The notes below the pieces were generated by a model, which worked only from the letters and a program-made list of their open reading frames with translations, was not told where the DNA came from and ran no database searches. This document shows positions 1 to 12,776 of a stretch of 64,000 bases of DNA, one piece after another. Source of the stretch: the human T2T-CHM13v2.0 reference genome, Homo sapiens. Position numbers and translations under genes: made by a program. The DNA lies in NCBI RefSeq assembly GCF_009914755.1, contig NC_060937.1. The stretch is one strand, 5' to 3'. Numbering within the stretch: the first letter of the stretch is position 1; every line of letters begins with the position of its first letter.

Positions 1-55
1 CTCCACTCCATTCTGCTCCACTGCACTCCACCCCATTCCATCCCATTCCACTCCG

Positions 56-116
56 TTCTTTCGACAGGATCTCCCTCTGTCACACAGGCTGTAGCTCAGT
101 GGCACAATCTCAGCAC
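56..116 (-). mobile_element. Alu right-arm 3'-end fragment
   Basis: ttctttcgacaggatctccctctgtcacacaggctgtagctcagtggcacaatctcagcac resembles antisense Alu (T)nGAGACAGGGTCTCGCTCTGTCGCCCAGGCTGGAGTGCAGTGGCGCGATCTCGGCTCAC. Confidence 0.85.
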
Positions 117-438
117 ACATTTCTTTCCGTTGCATTCCGTTTCGTTCCATTCCATTGTTTTAGACTCCACTCCATTCCACTCCACTCCACTCCACTCCAT
201 TCCTTCCAACTCCATTCCAGTTCATTCCATTCCACGCATTTCCATTCCATTCCACTCCAGTCCATTCCACTCCATTCCATTCCATTCAACTCCACTCCAT
301 TCCATTCCACTACAATCCAATCCATTCCATTTCACTACACTTCATTCCATTCAACTCCTCTCCACTCCATTCCACTCCACTCCACTCCACTGCACTCCAC
401 TCCACTACATTACACCACACTCCAACCCATTCCACTCC

Positions 439-497
439 TTTCTTTTGACAGGGTCTCTTGTCACACAGGCTGTAGCGCAGTGGCACAATCTCAACAC
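439..497 (-). mobile_element. Alu 3'-end fragment (small internal deletion)
   Basis: ttttgacagggtctcttgtcacacaggctgtagcgcagtggcacaatctcaacac. Confidence 0.85.
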
Positions 498-928
498 CTA
501 TTTCCTTCCATTCTATTCCATTCAACACCATTCCACTCCACTCGACTTCACTCCACTCCATTCCACTACATTCCATTCCATTCCACTCCATTCCAGTAAA
601 TTCCACTCCACTCCATTCCATTCCATTCCACTCAATTCCATTCCATTCCATTCCACTCCATTCCATTCCATTGCACTCCACTCCACTCGATTCCACTACC
701 CTCCACTCCATTCCCTTCCATTCCATTTCATCCCAATCCATTCCATTCCACTAGATTCCTTTCCACTCCACTCCAGTCTATTCCACACAACAGCAGTCTA
801 TTCCACTCCACTTCATTCCATTCCTCTCCACTCCACTCCATTCCATTCCACTCCACTCCACTCCTCTCTACTGCATTCCACTCCTCTCCACACCACTCCA
901 TCCCATTCCACTCCATCCCATTCCACTC

Positions 929-991
929 CTTTCTTTCGACAGGATCTCCCTCTATCACACAGGCTGTAGCACAGTTGCACAATCTCAGCAC
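929..991 (-). mobile_element. Alu 3'-end fragment
   Basis: tttcgacaggatctccctctatcacacaggctgtagcacagttgcacaatctcagcac. Confidence 0.85.
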
Positions 992-1773
992 CCATTCCGT
1001 TCCATTCCATTCCATTCCATTCCATTCCATTCTATTCATTTCCACTCCACTCCAATCCAATATATTACATTCCCTCCGATTCCGTTCCACTTCATTCCAC
1101 TACTCTACACTTCGCTGCACTCCGTTCTACTCCATTCCACTCCATTCCTTTCCACTCCACTCAAGTCCACTCCATTCCATTCTATTCCATTATTTTCCAT
1201 TCCATTCTTTTCCATTCCACTGCACTCCACTACCCTCCACTCTATTGCACTCCACTCCACTCCACTTCATTCCATTCCATTCCGTTGTTCTCTAATCCAC
1301 TCCACGCCACTCCATTCCATTCAACTCCGCTTCATTCCTTTCCAGTTCATTAAACTCCACTCCATTCCACTCCACTCCACTTCCTTCCATTCCAGTACAT
1401 TCTATTTCACTCCATTCCACTCCATTCCTTTCCAGTTCATTCCACTCCACTCCATTCCACTCCACTCCTATTCTTTCCATTCCACTCCATTCCATTTCGC
1501 TCCATTCCACTCCATTCCATTCCACTCCACTCCAATCCATTCCAGTACACTCCATTTCATTCCACTCCACTCCACTCCATTCTATTCCACTCCACTCCAC
1601 TCCATTCCGTTCTACTCGAATCCATTCCTTTCCACTCCAGTCCATTCCATTCCACTCCACTCCTATCCATTTCACTGCATTCCACTCCATTCCATTTCTT
1701 TCCACTCCACTCCATTTCATTTCTTTCCACTCCACTCCTCTCATCTCCACTCCACTCTAACCCATTCTACTCC

Positions 1774-1834
1774 TTTTTTCGACAGGATCTTCCTCTGTCA
1801 CACACGCTGTAGTGCTGAGTCACAAACTCAGCAC
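1774..1834 (-). mobile_element. Alu 3'-end fragment (diverged)
   Basis: ttttttcgacaggatcttcctctgtcacacacgctgtagtgctgagtcacaaactcagcac. Confidence 0.8.
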
Positions 1835-1912
1835 CCATTCCATTCCATTCCATTCTATTCCACTCCACTCCACACCATTCCACTGCACTCCACTCCATCC
1901 CATTCCTCTCCA

Positions 1913-1972
1913 TTCTTTCGAAAGGATCTCCCTCTGTCACACAGGTTGCAGTGCAGTGGCACCATCTCAGAA
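1913..1972 (-). mobile_element. Alu 3'-end fragment
   Basis: tttcgaaaggatctccctctgtcacacaggttgcagtgcagtggcaccatctcag. Confidence 0.85.
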
Positions 1973-2189
1973 CCACTTCCGTTCCGTTTCGTTGCACTCT
2001 GTTCCATTCCATTCCGTTCCACTCCACTTCACGCCACTACATTCCATTACATACGATTCTATTCCACTCCCTTCCAATCTTCTCCACTCCACTGCACTCC
2101 ATTCCAATCCATTCCACTCCATTCCTTTCCACTCCATTTCAATCCTCTCCACTCCAATCTACTCCACTCCCTTCCACTCCCTTCCATTC

Positions 2190-3062
2190 CATTCCATTCC
2201 ATTGCAGTCCATTCCACTCAACTAAATTCCACTCCACTCAACTCCTCTGTTCAATTCCATTCCATTCCATTCCATTCCATTCCATTCCATTCCATTCCAC
2301 TCCATTCCATTCCATTCCATTCCATTCCACTCCATTCCATTCCATTCCATTCCACTCCATTCCATTCCATTCCATTCCACTCCATTCCATTCCACTCCAT
2401 TCCATTCCATTCCATTCCACTCCATTCCATTCCACTCCATTCCATTCCATTCCATTCCACTCCATTCCATTCCATTCCACTCCACTCCACCGCACTCCAA
2501 TCCCCTCTTTTCAATTCCATTTCATTCCATTGCACTCCACTCCACTCCTCTCCACTCGACTCCATTACATTCCACTCAACTCCACTCCACGTCACTCCAC
2601 TCCACTCCGTTCCACTCCATTATATTCCACTCCACTCCACTCCACTTTATTCCATTCCACTCCATTCCATTCCATTGCAGTCCATTCCACTCAACTAAAT
2701 TCCACTCCACTCAACTCCTCTGTTCCATTCCATTCCATTCCATTCCATTCCATTCCATTCCACTCCATTCCACTCCATTCCATTCCACTCCATTCCATTC
2801 CATTCCATTCCACTCCATTCCATTCCACTCCATTCCATTCCATTCCATTCCACTCCATTCCACTCCACTCCACTGCACTCCAATCCCCTCTTTTCAATTC
2901 CATTTCATTTCATTGCACTCCACTCCACTCCTCTCCACTCCACTCCATTACATTCCACTCAACTCCACTCCACGTCACTCCACTCCACTCTGTTCCACTC
3001 CATTATATTCCACTCCACTCCACTCCACTTTATTCCATTCCACTCCATTCCATTCCATTGCA
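2190..3062 (+). repeat. Recent tandem duplication (~473 + ~390 bp) with a variable internal pentamer tract
   Basis: attgcagtccattccactcaactaaattcc at 2201 and 2674; gcactccaatcccctcttttcaa at 2492 and 2875. Confidence 0.85.
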
Positions 3063-3258
3063 CTCAATTCCATTTCGTTCCACTCCAATCCACTACACTC
3101 ATTCCACTCCACTGCACTCCACTACACTCATTCCACTCCACTGCACTCCACTACACTCCATTCCATTACACTCCGCTCCATTAAACTCCACTTCACTCCA
3201 TCCACTCCTCTCCACTCCATTCCACTCCACTCCACTCCACTGCATCCCATTCCACTCC

Positions 3259-3320
3259 TTTCTTTCGACAGTATTTCCTTCTGTCACAAAGGCTATTTCA
3301 CAGTGCCACAATTTCAGATC
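3259..3320 (-). mobile_element. Alu 3'-end fragment (diverged)
   Basis: tttcgacagtatttccttctgtcacaaaggctatttcacagtgccacaatttcagatc. Confidence 0.75.
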
Positions 3321-3417
3321 CCATTCCCTTCCATTCCATTCCATTCCATTCCATTGCAGTCCACTCCACTCAACTCAATTCCAATCCACTCCACTCCACT
3401 GCATCCCATCACACTCC

Positions 3418-3480
3418 TTTCTTTCGACAGGATTTCCCTCTGTCCGAAAGGCTATTTTGCAGTGGCACAATCTCTGATCC
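3418..3480 (-). mobile_element. Alu 3'-end fragment (diverged)
   Basis: tttcgacaggatttccctctgtccgaaaggctattttgcagtggcacaatctctgatcc; shares aaaggctattt and gatcc variants with the copy at 3259. Confidence 0.78.
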
Positions 3481-3996
3481 ATTTTCATTTCATTACATTC
3501 CATGTCATTCCATTCCATTCCATTCCATTCCATTCCATTCCATTCCATTCCATTCCGTTCCATTCCATTCCAGTAAATTCCAATGAACTTCATTCAATTC
3601 CATTCCACTTCACTCCATTCCATTCCACTAAACTCCACTCCAATCCACTCCACTCAATTCAACTCCACTACACTCCATTCGGTTCCATTGCGCACCACTC
3701 CATTCCAATCCACTCCATTCCATTCCACTCTATTTCACTGTACTCCATACCATTCCATTCCATTGCACTCCACTTCACTGTACTCCACTCCACACCACTC
3801 CATTCCATTCCACTCCACTCCACTCCAGTCCACAACACTCCATTCCATTCCACTCGACCCCGTTCTATTCCATTCCATACCACTCCACTCCACTCCAGGC
3901 CTCTACATTCCACTCCACTCTACTGCACTACACTCCGTTACACTCCATTCCATTTCATTCCACACCATTCCATTGCACTCCAGTCCATTCCACTCC

Positions 3997-4011
3997 ATTC
4001 CAGAAAATTCC
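3997..4011. promoter_or_regulatory. Perfect 3-unit heat shock element match (motif only)
   Basis: aTTCcaGAAaaTTCc matches nTTCnnGAAnnTTCn; function not shown. Confidence 0.3.
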
Positions 4012-4483
4012 AGTTAACTCCATTCCATTCTATTCCACTGCACTCCATTCAATTCCACTCAACTCCACTCCACTCCACTCCATTCCACCACACTCCACTC
4101 CATTCCCTTCCACGCCATTCCATTCCATTCCACTCCATTCCATTCCATTTCACTCCAGTCCATTCCACTCAATTCCAGTCCATACCACTCCACTCCATTC
4201 AATTCCTCTCCTCTCCGATCCATTCCATTTCACTCCGCTCTGCTCCATTCCGTTTCACTCCACTCCACTCCATTCCACTCCATTCCACTCCACTCCACCC
4301 CATTCCACTCCACTCCACTCAACGATCCATTCAATTTCAGTCCACTCCGCTCCATTCCATTTCACTCCACTCAATTCCATTTCACTCCATTCCTCTCCAC
4401 TCCATTCCACTCCACTCCACTCCATTCCACACCACTCCATTCCATTCCACTCAACTCCACTCCATCCCACCCCATTACACTCC

Positions 4484-4545
4484 TTTCTTTCGACATGATT
4501 TCTCTCTGTCACACAGGCTGAAGCACAGTTACAAAATCTCCACAC
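4484..4545 (-). mobile_element. Alu 3'-end fragment
   Basis: tttcgacatgatttctctctgtcacacaggctgaagcacagttacaaaatctccacac. Confidence 0.78.
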
Positions 4546-5855
4546 CCATTCCATTCCATTGCATTCCATTCCATTCCATTCCATTCAGTTAAATTTGATT
4601 CAACTCAACTCCACTCCAAGCCACTCCATTCCATTCCACTCCACTCCATTCCATTCCACTCCACTCCACCATTCCACTCCACTCCACTGCACTCCATTCC
4701 TCTCCACTCCACTTCACTCCATTCCTCTTCATTCCATTCCCTTCCACTCCATTCAATTCCAGTCCACTCCAGTTAATTCCACTCCTTTCCAGTAAATTCC
4801 ACTCCATAGCATTCCATTCCACTCCACTCCATTCCATTCCATTCCATTCCTCTCCATTCCATTCCACTCCACTCCACTCCATTCCACTCTATTCCACTAC
4901 ACTCCATTCCCCTCCACTTCAATCCACTCCACTCCATTTCTCTCCATTCCATTGCATCACATTCCAATCCATTCTATTCCACTCCCGTCCATTGCACTCC
5001 ACTCCATTCCATTCCATTGCATTCCATTCCATTTCATTTCATTCCATTCCATTTCACTGCACTCCACTCCACTCCAATCCATTCCATTCCTTTCCACTCC
5101 ACTCTACTCCGTTCCACTCCACTCCATTCCATTCCATTCCCCTCCACTCCACTCCTATCCACTCCACTCCTTTCTGTCCCACTCCACTCCTATCCACTCC
5201 ACTCCTCTCTGTTCTACTCCACTCCATTCCACTCCACTTCATTCCACTCCACTCCACTCCATTTCAATCCACTCCACTCAATTCCACTCAACTCCACTTC
5301 ACTCCACTCCACTCCATTCCACTCCACTCCACTCCATTCCACTCCATTCCATTCCACTCCATTCAAGTAAAACCTTCCCAATCCATTCCACTCCACTCCA
5401 TTCCTCTCCACTCCACTCCACTCCATTCCTCTCCATTCCGTTCCCTTCAACTCCATTCAATTCCAATCCACTCCAGTTAATTCCACTTCTTTCCAGTAAA
5501 TTCCCATCCACTCCATTCCATTCCATTCCACTCCATTTCACTCCACTCCACTCCATTCCACTCCATTACTTTCCATTCCACTCCATTCCCATTCCACTCC
5601 TTTCCCATCCATTCCACTCCACTTCACTCCACTTCATTCCAGTCCACTCCATCCCATTCTACTCCTTTCCATTCGAATCCACTCCACTCCATTCCATGTC
5701 ACTGCACTCCATTCCATTCCAGTCTGCTCCACTCCACTTCACTACACTCCATTCTGCTCCACTCAACTCCATTCCGCTCTACTCAACTCCATTCCACTCC
5801 ATTCCACTCCACTTCACACCGCTCCAGTCCAGTCCACTCCATCCCATTTCACTCC

Positions 5856-5897
5856 TTTCTTTCGTCAGGATTTCTCTCTGTCATACAGGCTGTAGCT
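5856..5897 (-). mobile_element. Alu 3'-end fragment, short (truncated) type
   Basis: tttcgtcaggatttctctctgtcatacaggctgtagct followed directly by satellite. Confidence 0.75.
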
Positions 5898-6468
5898 CCA
5901 TTGAATTCTACTCCACTTTATTCCACTCCACTCTACTCCACATCACTCCACTCCACACCACTCCAATCCCCTCTATTTCACTCCATTCCTTTCCACTCCA
6001 TTCCATTCCTGTCCATTCAACTCAATTCAAGCAAATTGAACTCCACTCTATTCCAATCCATTCTACTCAACTCCTCTCCACTCCACTCCACTCCAATCGA
6101 CTCTACTCTTCTCCATTCCCCTCAAATCCATTCCATTCCGCTCCACTCCATTCCATTCCACTCCATTCCATTCCATTCCACTCCATTCCATTCCATTCCA
6201 TTTCATTCCATTCCATTCCACTCCTTTCCATTCCACGCCAGTTCATTCCACTCCACTCCAGTTCTTTCCACTCTATTCCATTCCATTCCACTCCTCTCTA
6301 CTCCATTCCATTCCACTCCACTCCACTCCAGTCCATTTCACTCCACTCCATTCCACTCCACTCCATTCCACTCCACTCCACTCCATTTCACTCCACTCCA
6401 CTCCATTCCATTCCATTCCATTCCACTCAACTCCACTCCACGAAACTCCAACCTACCACATTACACTC

Positions 6469-6531
6469 CTTTCTTTCGACATGATTTACCTCTGTCACAC
6501 ATTCTGTAGCACAGTTGCACAATCTCTGCAC
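6469..6531 (-). mobile_element. Alu 3'-end fragment
   Basis: tttcgacatgatttacctctgtcacacattctgtagcacagttgcacaatctctgcac. Confidence 0.78.
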
Positions 6532-7152
6532 CAATTCCATTCCAATCCATTCCATTCCACTCTATTACCTTCTATTTCTATCCATTCAACTCATCTGCAC
6601 TCCTCACCACTCCATTCCATTCCACTCCTCTCCATTCCATTACACTCCACTCCACTCCAATCCATTGCTCTCCACTCCATTCCACTCCATTCCACTCCAT
6701 TCCATTCCACTCCATTCCATTCCAATCCACTCCAGTTCATTCCACTCCTTTCCAGTAAATTCCACTCTACTCCGTTGAATTCCATTCCACTCCACTCCAT
6801 TCCATTCCATTCAATTCCACTCCACTCAATTCCACTCCATTCCATTCCACTGTACTCAACTCCACTCCACTCCACTCCACTCCCTTCCACACCACTTGAC
6901 TCCATTCCTTTCCATTCCATTCCATTCCATTCCACTCCATTCCAGTCCCTTCCACTCCAGGCCATTCCACTCCTCTCAACTCCATTCCACTCCAATCCAC
7001 TCCATTCCTTTCCACTCCTCTCCATTCCATTCCACTCCATCCATTCCTCTCCAATCCATATCACTCCACTCCACTCCATTCCACTCCTCTCCACTCCACT
7101 GCATTCCACTCTACTCCACTCCAATCCACTCCACTCCATCCCATTCCACTGC

Positions 7153-7214
7153 TTTCCTTCGACACGATCTCCCTCTGTCACACAGGCTGTAACGCAGTGG
7201 CACAATCTCAGCCC
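7153..7214 (-). mobile_element. Alu 3'-end fragment
   Basis: ttcgacacgatctccctctgtcacacaggctgtaacgcagtggcacaatctcagcc. Confidence 0.85.
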
Positions 7215-7838
7215 ACATTCCGTTCTGTTGCATTCCATTCCATTCCACTCCACTCCACTCCAGTCCACTACATTCCATTACATCCTATTCAATTTCAATC
7301 CATTCCACTCCTCTGAACTCCACTGCACTCCATTCCACTCCATTCCTTTCCAGTCCACTCCACTCCTCTCCACTCCATTGCATTCCATTCCATTCCATTT
7401 CACTGCACTCCACCCAACTCCACTCAATTAAACTCCACACCACTCCTCCATTCCATTCCATTCTATTCCATTCCATTCCATTCTATTCCATTCCATTCCA
7501 TTCCATTCCACTTCTATCCATTCCACTCTGTTTCATTCCTTTACACTCCATTCCATTCCATTCCACTTCTATCCATTCCACTCTGTTTCATTCCTTTACA
7601 CTCCATTCCACTCCACTCCACTCCATTCCACTCCACTCCATTCCATTCCACTCCACTCCATTCCATTCCACTCCACTGCCATCCTTTCCACCAAAGTCCA
7701 GTCCATTCCACTCCACTCCACTTCATTTCACTCCCCTCCATACCACTCCAATCCATTTCTCTCTTTTCCACTGCATTACACTCCATTCCACTCCAATCCA
7801 CTCCACTCCACTTCTCTCCACTCCATTCAATTCTGCTC

Positions 7839-7901
7839 CTTTCTTTTGACAGGTTCTCCCTATGTCACACAGGATGTAACACAGAGGCACAATCTCAAAA
7901 C
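7839..7901 (-). mobile_element. Alu 3'-end fragment
   Basis: ttttgacaggttctccctatgtcacacaggatgtaacacagaggcacaatctcaaaac. Confidence 0.8.
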
Positions 7902-8493
7902 CCATTCCGTTCCATTCCATTGTGTTGCATTCAATTCTACTCTACTTCTCTCTACGCCACTTCATTCCATTCCGGTCCACTCCATTCCATTCCATTCCAT
8001 TCACTTCCACTGCACTCCACTCCACTACACTGCACTCCACTCCACTGCACTCCATTCCACTCCATTCCACTCCTTTCCACACCATTCCAATCCATTCCAC
8101 TACAGTCCCATCCACTCCATTCCAGTAAATTCCACTTTTCTTCATTCCATTCCATTCCACTCCACTACATTCCATTCCACTCAACTCCACTGCACTGCAC
8201 TCAACTGCACTCCACTCCCCTCCACTCCATTCCACTCCACTCCACTCCCTTCCATTCCACTCCATTCCATTCCAGTCCACTCCAGTCCATTCCACTCCAC
8301 TCGAATTCTTTCCACTCTACTCCATTCCATTCCACTCCACTCCACACCATTCCACTCCACTCCAATCCATTCCATTCCACTCCAGTCCATTCCATTTTGC
8401 TCCAATCCGCTCCATTCCATTCCACTCAACTCTATTCCACTGCATTCCACTCCATTCCACTCCACTCTACTCCACTCCATACCCTTCCACTCC

Positions 8494-8555
8494 TTCCTTT
8501 CGACAGGCTCTCCCTCTGTAACACAGGCTGTAGCACAGTGGCACAATCTCAGCAC
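8494..8555 (-). mobile_element. Alu 3'-end fragment
   Basis: tttcgacaggctctccctctgtaacacaggctgtagcacagtggcacaatctcagcac. Confidence 0.85.
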
Positions 8556-9676
8556 CCATTCTCTTCCGTTCGATTCCATTCCATTCCATTCCGTTCCGTT
8601 CCATTCCATTCCAATCCATTCCACTTCACTACGTTGCATTACCTCCAATTCAATTTCAACTCCATTCCACTCCTCTCCACTCCACTGCACTCCATTCATC
8701 TCCATTCCACTCCATTCCTTTCCACTCCACTCCACTCCACTGCACTCCATTCCACTCCATTCTGTTCCATACCATTCCACTCCACTCCATTCCACTACAT
8801 TCCATTACATCCAATCCCATTCCACTCCATTCCACTTCAGTCCACACCTCCATTCCATTCCATTCCTTTTCACTCCACTCCACTCCACTGCATTCCATTC
8901 CATTCCATTCCACTCGACTCCACTCCACGCCACTCCATTCCATTCCACTCCAAACCATTCTATTCCATTCCACTCCACTCCATTTCACTCCACTCCCCTC
9001 CATTCCACTCTATTCCACTCCACTCCATTCCACTCCACTTCAATCCACTCCACTCCATTTTTCTCCATTCCATTGCATTGCACTCCAATCCATTCTATTC
9101 CACTCCAGTCCATTGCAATCCACTCCAGTCCGTTCCACTCCATTCCACTCCATTTCACTGCACTCAACTCCACTCCACTCCACTCCTTTTCACTGCACTC
9201 AACTCCACTCCACTCCTCTCCATTCCTTTCCACTCCACCGCACTCCATTCCACTCCACTCCATTCCACTCCACTCCACTCCACTTCATTCCACTCCACTC
9301 CACTTCATTCCACTCCACTCCACTCCACTCCACTCAACTCCACTTCACTCCACTCTACTCCGTTCCACTCCACTCCACTCTGTTGCATCCCACTCCACTC
9401 CATTCCATTCCATTCCACTCCAGTCCATTCCGCTCCATTTCAGTAAATTCCAGTCCATTCTATTCCACTCCACTTCATTCCACTCCAATCCAGTCCACTC
9501 CATACCATTCCACTTCTTTCCATTCGATTCCACTCCACTCCGTTCCAAGTCATTGCACTCCATTCTATTCCAGTCCACTCCATTCCACTTCAGTCCACTC
9601 CACTCCATTCCATTCCTCTCCATTCCACTCCACTTCACTCCGATCCTGTTCAGTCCACTCCATACCATTCCACTCG

Positions 9677-9719
9677 TTTCTTTCAACAGGATCTCCCTCT
9701 GTCACACAGGCTGTAACTC
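9677..9719 (-). mobile_element. Alu 3'-end fragment, short (truncated) type
   Basis: tttcaacaggatctccctctgtcacacaggctgtaactc followed directly by satellite. Confidence 0.78.
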
Positions 9720-10180
9720 CATTCAATTCTATTCCATTTCATTCCACTCCATTCCCTGCCACTCCACTCCACTCTATTCCACTCCATTCATTTCCATTTC
9801 ATTCCACTCCAGTTTAATCAACTCCATTCAAGTTAATTCAACTCCACTCTATTCCATTCCATTCCACTCCATTTCATTCCATTCCACTCAACTTCTCTCC
9901 AGTCCACTGCGCTCCTCTCCATTCCCCTCAACTTCTTTCCATTCCATTCCACTCCGTTGCATTCCATTCCTTTCCATTCCACACCATTCCTTTCCATTCC
10001 ACTGCTGTCCATTCCACTCCACTCCTGTTTTTTCCACTCCACTCCATTCCATTCCACTCCTCTCCACTTCATTGCATTCCACTCTACCCCACTCCATTCA
10101 ACTCCACTCCACTTCATTCCACCCCACTCCACTCCACTCCTTTCCACTCAATTCCACTCCACGCCATCCCATTCCATTCC

Positions 10181-10242
10181 TTTCTTTCAACAGGATCTCC
10201 CTCTGTCACACAGGCTGTAGTGCAGTGGAACAATCTCAGCAC
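10181..10242 (-). mobile_element. Alu 3'-end fragment
   Basis: tttcaacaggatctccctctgtcacacaggctgtagtgcagtggaacaatctcagcac. Confidence 0.85.
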
Positions 10243-10686
10243 CCATTCCGTTCCGTTCCGTTTTGTTCCATTCCGTTGTGTTCCATTCCGTGCATTGCAT
10301 TGAACTCCTCTCCATTCCACTACATTCCATTACATCTGATTCCATTTCACTTCATTCCACTCCTCTCCACTTCACTGCATTCCATTGCACTCCTTTCCTT
10401 TCCACTTCAATCCACTCCACTCCACTCAACTCCACTTCATTCCATTCCATTCCATTCCATTCCACTGCACTCCAGTCCAGTAAATTCCACTCCACTCGAC
10501 TGCTCCATTCCATTCCACTCCACTCAAGTCCATTCCACTGCAATCCATTCCATTCCACTCCGCTCCTCTCTATTCCATTCTACTACACTCCACTCCATTC
10601 CACGCAACTCCACTCCATTCCACTCCACTCAACTCCACTCAACTACATTCCACTCCACTGCAAACAACTCCATCCCATTCCATTAA

Positions 10687-10766
10687 TTTCTTTTGAGAGG
10701 ATCTCCCTCTCTTACAAAGGCTGTAGCACCCATAGCAGTCTCACAGTCTCAGCACCCATAGCAGTC
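10687..10766 (-). mobile_element. Alu 3'-end fragment with internal 16-bp direct repeat
   Basis: ttttgagaggatctccctctcttacaaaggctgt-agcacccatagcagtc-tcacagtctc-agcacccatagcagtc. Confidence 0.75.
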
Positions 10767-10998
10767 CATTCCGTTCCATTCCATTCCATTCCATTCCATT
10801 CCATTCCATTCCATTCCATTATGTTCCATTGCATTCTCTTTCACTCCCCATTCCATTCCATTCCACTCCACTCCATTTCACTCCACTCCACTCCATTCCA
10901 CTCCACTCAACTCCACTACACTCCTCTGCATTCCACTCCATTCCATTCCACTCCATTCCACTGCACTCCACTCGACTCCACTGAATCCCCTTTCACTC

Positions 10999-11060
10999 CT
11001 TTCTTTCAACACGACCTCTGTCTGTCACACAGGCTGTAGCACAGTGGCACAATCTCAGCA
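10999..11060 (-). mobile_element. Alu 3'-end fragment
   Basis: tttcaacacgacctctgtctgtcacacaggctgtagcacagtggcacaatctcagca. Confidence 0.82.
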
Positions 11061-12238
11061 TCCATTCTGTTCCGTTTGGTTCTTTCCATTCATTTCCATA
11101 CTATTCCACTCGGCTCCACTCCATTACATCCGATTACATTCGACTCCATTCCGCTCCTCTCCACTCCACTGCACTCCATTCCACTCCATTCCACTGCATT
11201 CCTCTCCACTCCACTCCATTCCATTCCATTCCATTCCACTCCACTTCACTCCTCTACATTCCATTACATCTGATTCCATTCCAATCCATTCCACTTCACA
11301 CCACACCTCCATTCCATTCCATTCCTTTTCACTCCACTCCACTGCATTCCGTTCCATTCCATTCCACTCCACTCCATGACACTGCATTCCATTCCTCTCC
11401 ACTCCATTCCATTCCATTCCATTCCATTCCATTCCATTCCATTCCACTCCACCCGAGTCCACTCTATTCCATTCCACTCCACTCCAGTCCTCTTCAATCC
11501 ACTCCACTCCATTTCCCTCAATTCCATTGCATTCCACTCCAATCCATTCTTTCCACTCCAGTACATTGCGCTCCACTCCAGTCCATTCCACTCCATTCCA
11601 TTCCATTTTACTGCACTCAACCCCACTCTACTTCACTCCACTCCACTCCATTCCTTTCCACTCCACTCCACTCTGTTCCACCCCACTCAACTCCATTCCT
11701 CCCCACTCCATTCCATTCCATTCCAATCCACTCTAATCAACTCCATTCCACTCCACTCCATTCCACTCCAGTCCATTCCACTCCACTCCACATCATTCCA
11801 ATCCACTCCACTCCATTCCACTCTACTCCATTCCATTCCACTCAACTCCACTTCACTCCACTCCACTCCACTCCATTCCACTCCACTCAATTCCTTTTCA
11901 TTCCAATCCAGTGCATTCCACTCCATTCCAGTAAATTCCAATTCACTCCATTCCAATCCACTCCACTCCATTCCATTCCACTCCATTCCTTTCCATTCCA
12001 CTCTATTCCCTTCCATTCCACTCCATTTCACTCCACTCCAATCCAGTCCACTCCATCCCATTCCACTCCTTTTGATTCAAATCCACTCCACTCCCTTCCA
12101 TGTCACTGCACTCCATTCCATTCCAGTCCACTATACTCCACTTCACTCCACTCCATTCCACTCCACTCAACTCCATTCTACTCCATTCTGCTCCACTTCA
12201 CTCCACTCCAGTCCAGTCCACTCCATTCCATTTCTCTC

Positions 12239-12282
12239 CTTTCTTTCGACATGATCTCCCTCTGTCACACATGCTGTAGCTC
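12239..12282 (-). mobile_element. Alu 3'-end fragment, short (truncated) type
   Basis: tttcgacatgatctccctctgtcacacatgctgtagctc followed directly by satellite. Confidence 0.78.
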
Positions 12283-12714
12283 CATGCAATTCTATTAAAC
12301 GCCATTCCACTCCACTCCACGCCACACCACTCCCCTCCATGCCACTCCAATCTATTCCACTCCATTCCTTTCCATTCCTTTCCACTCCAGTCCATTCAAC
12401 TCCATTCAGGTAAATTCAACTCCACTCTATTCCATTTCATTCCACTCAACTTCTCTCCACTGCACTCCACTCTACTCCACTCTTCTCTTTTCCCCTCAAC
12501 TCCATTCTATTCCATTCCACTCCATGTCATTCCCTTAAATTTCATTTCACTCCATTCCTTTCCATTCCATTCCATTCCACTCCACTCCAGTTTTTTCAGC
12601 TCCACTCCATTGCATTAAACTCCACTCCACTTCATTCCATTCCACTCCACTCCAACTCCACTCCACTCCATTCCACGCCACTCCTCTCCACTCCACTCCA
12701 TCCCATTCCACGCC

Positions 12715-12776
12715 TTTCTTTTGACAGAATCTCCGTCTGTCACACAGGCTTTAGCGCAGTGTCACAATCTCCGCAC
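12715..12776 (-). mobile_element. Alu 3'-end fragment
   Basis: ttttgacagaatctccgtctgtcacacaggctttagcgcagtgtcacaatctccgcac. Confidence 0.82.

Noticed and set aside
99-599. Recurring peptide motifs (AQSQH, TGSPSVTQAVAQWHNLS) suggesting a repeat protein family
   Set aside because: These are translations of the Alu fragment in different frames, a well-known Alu-derived artefact.
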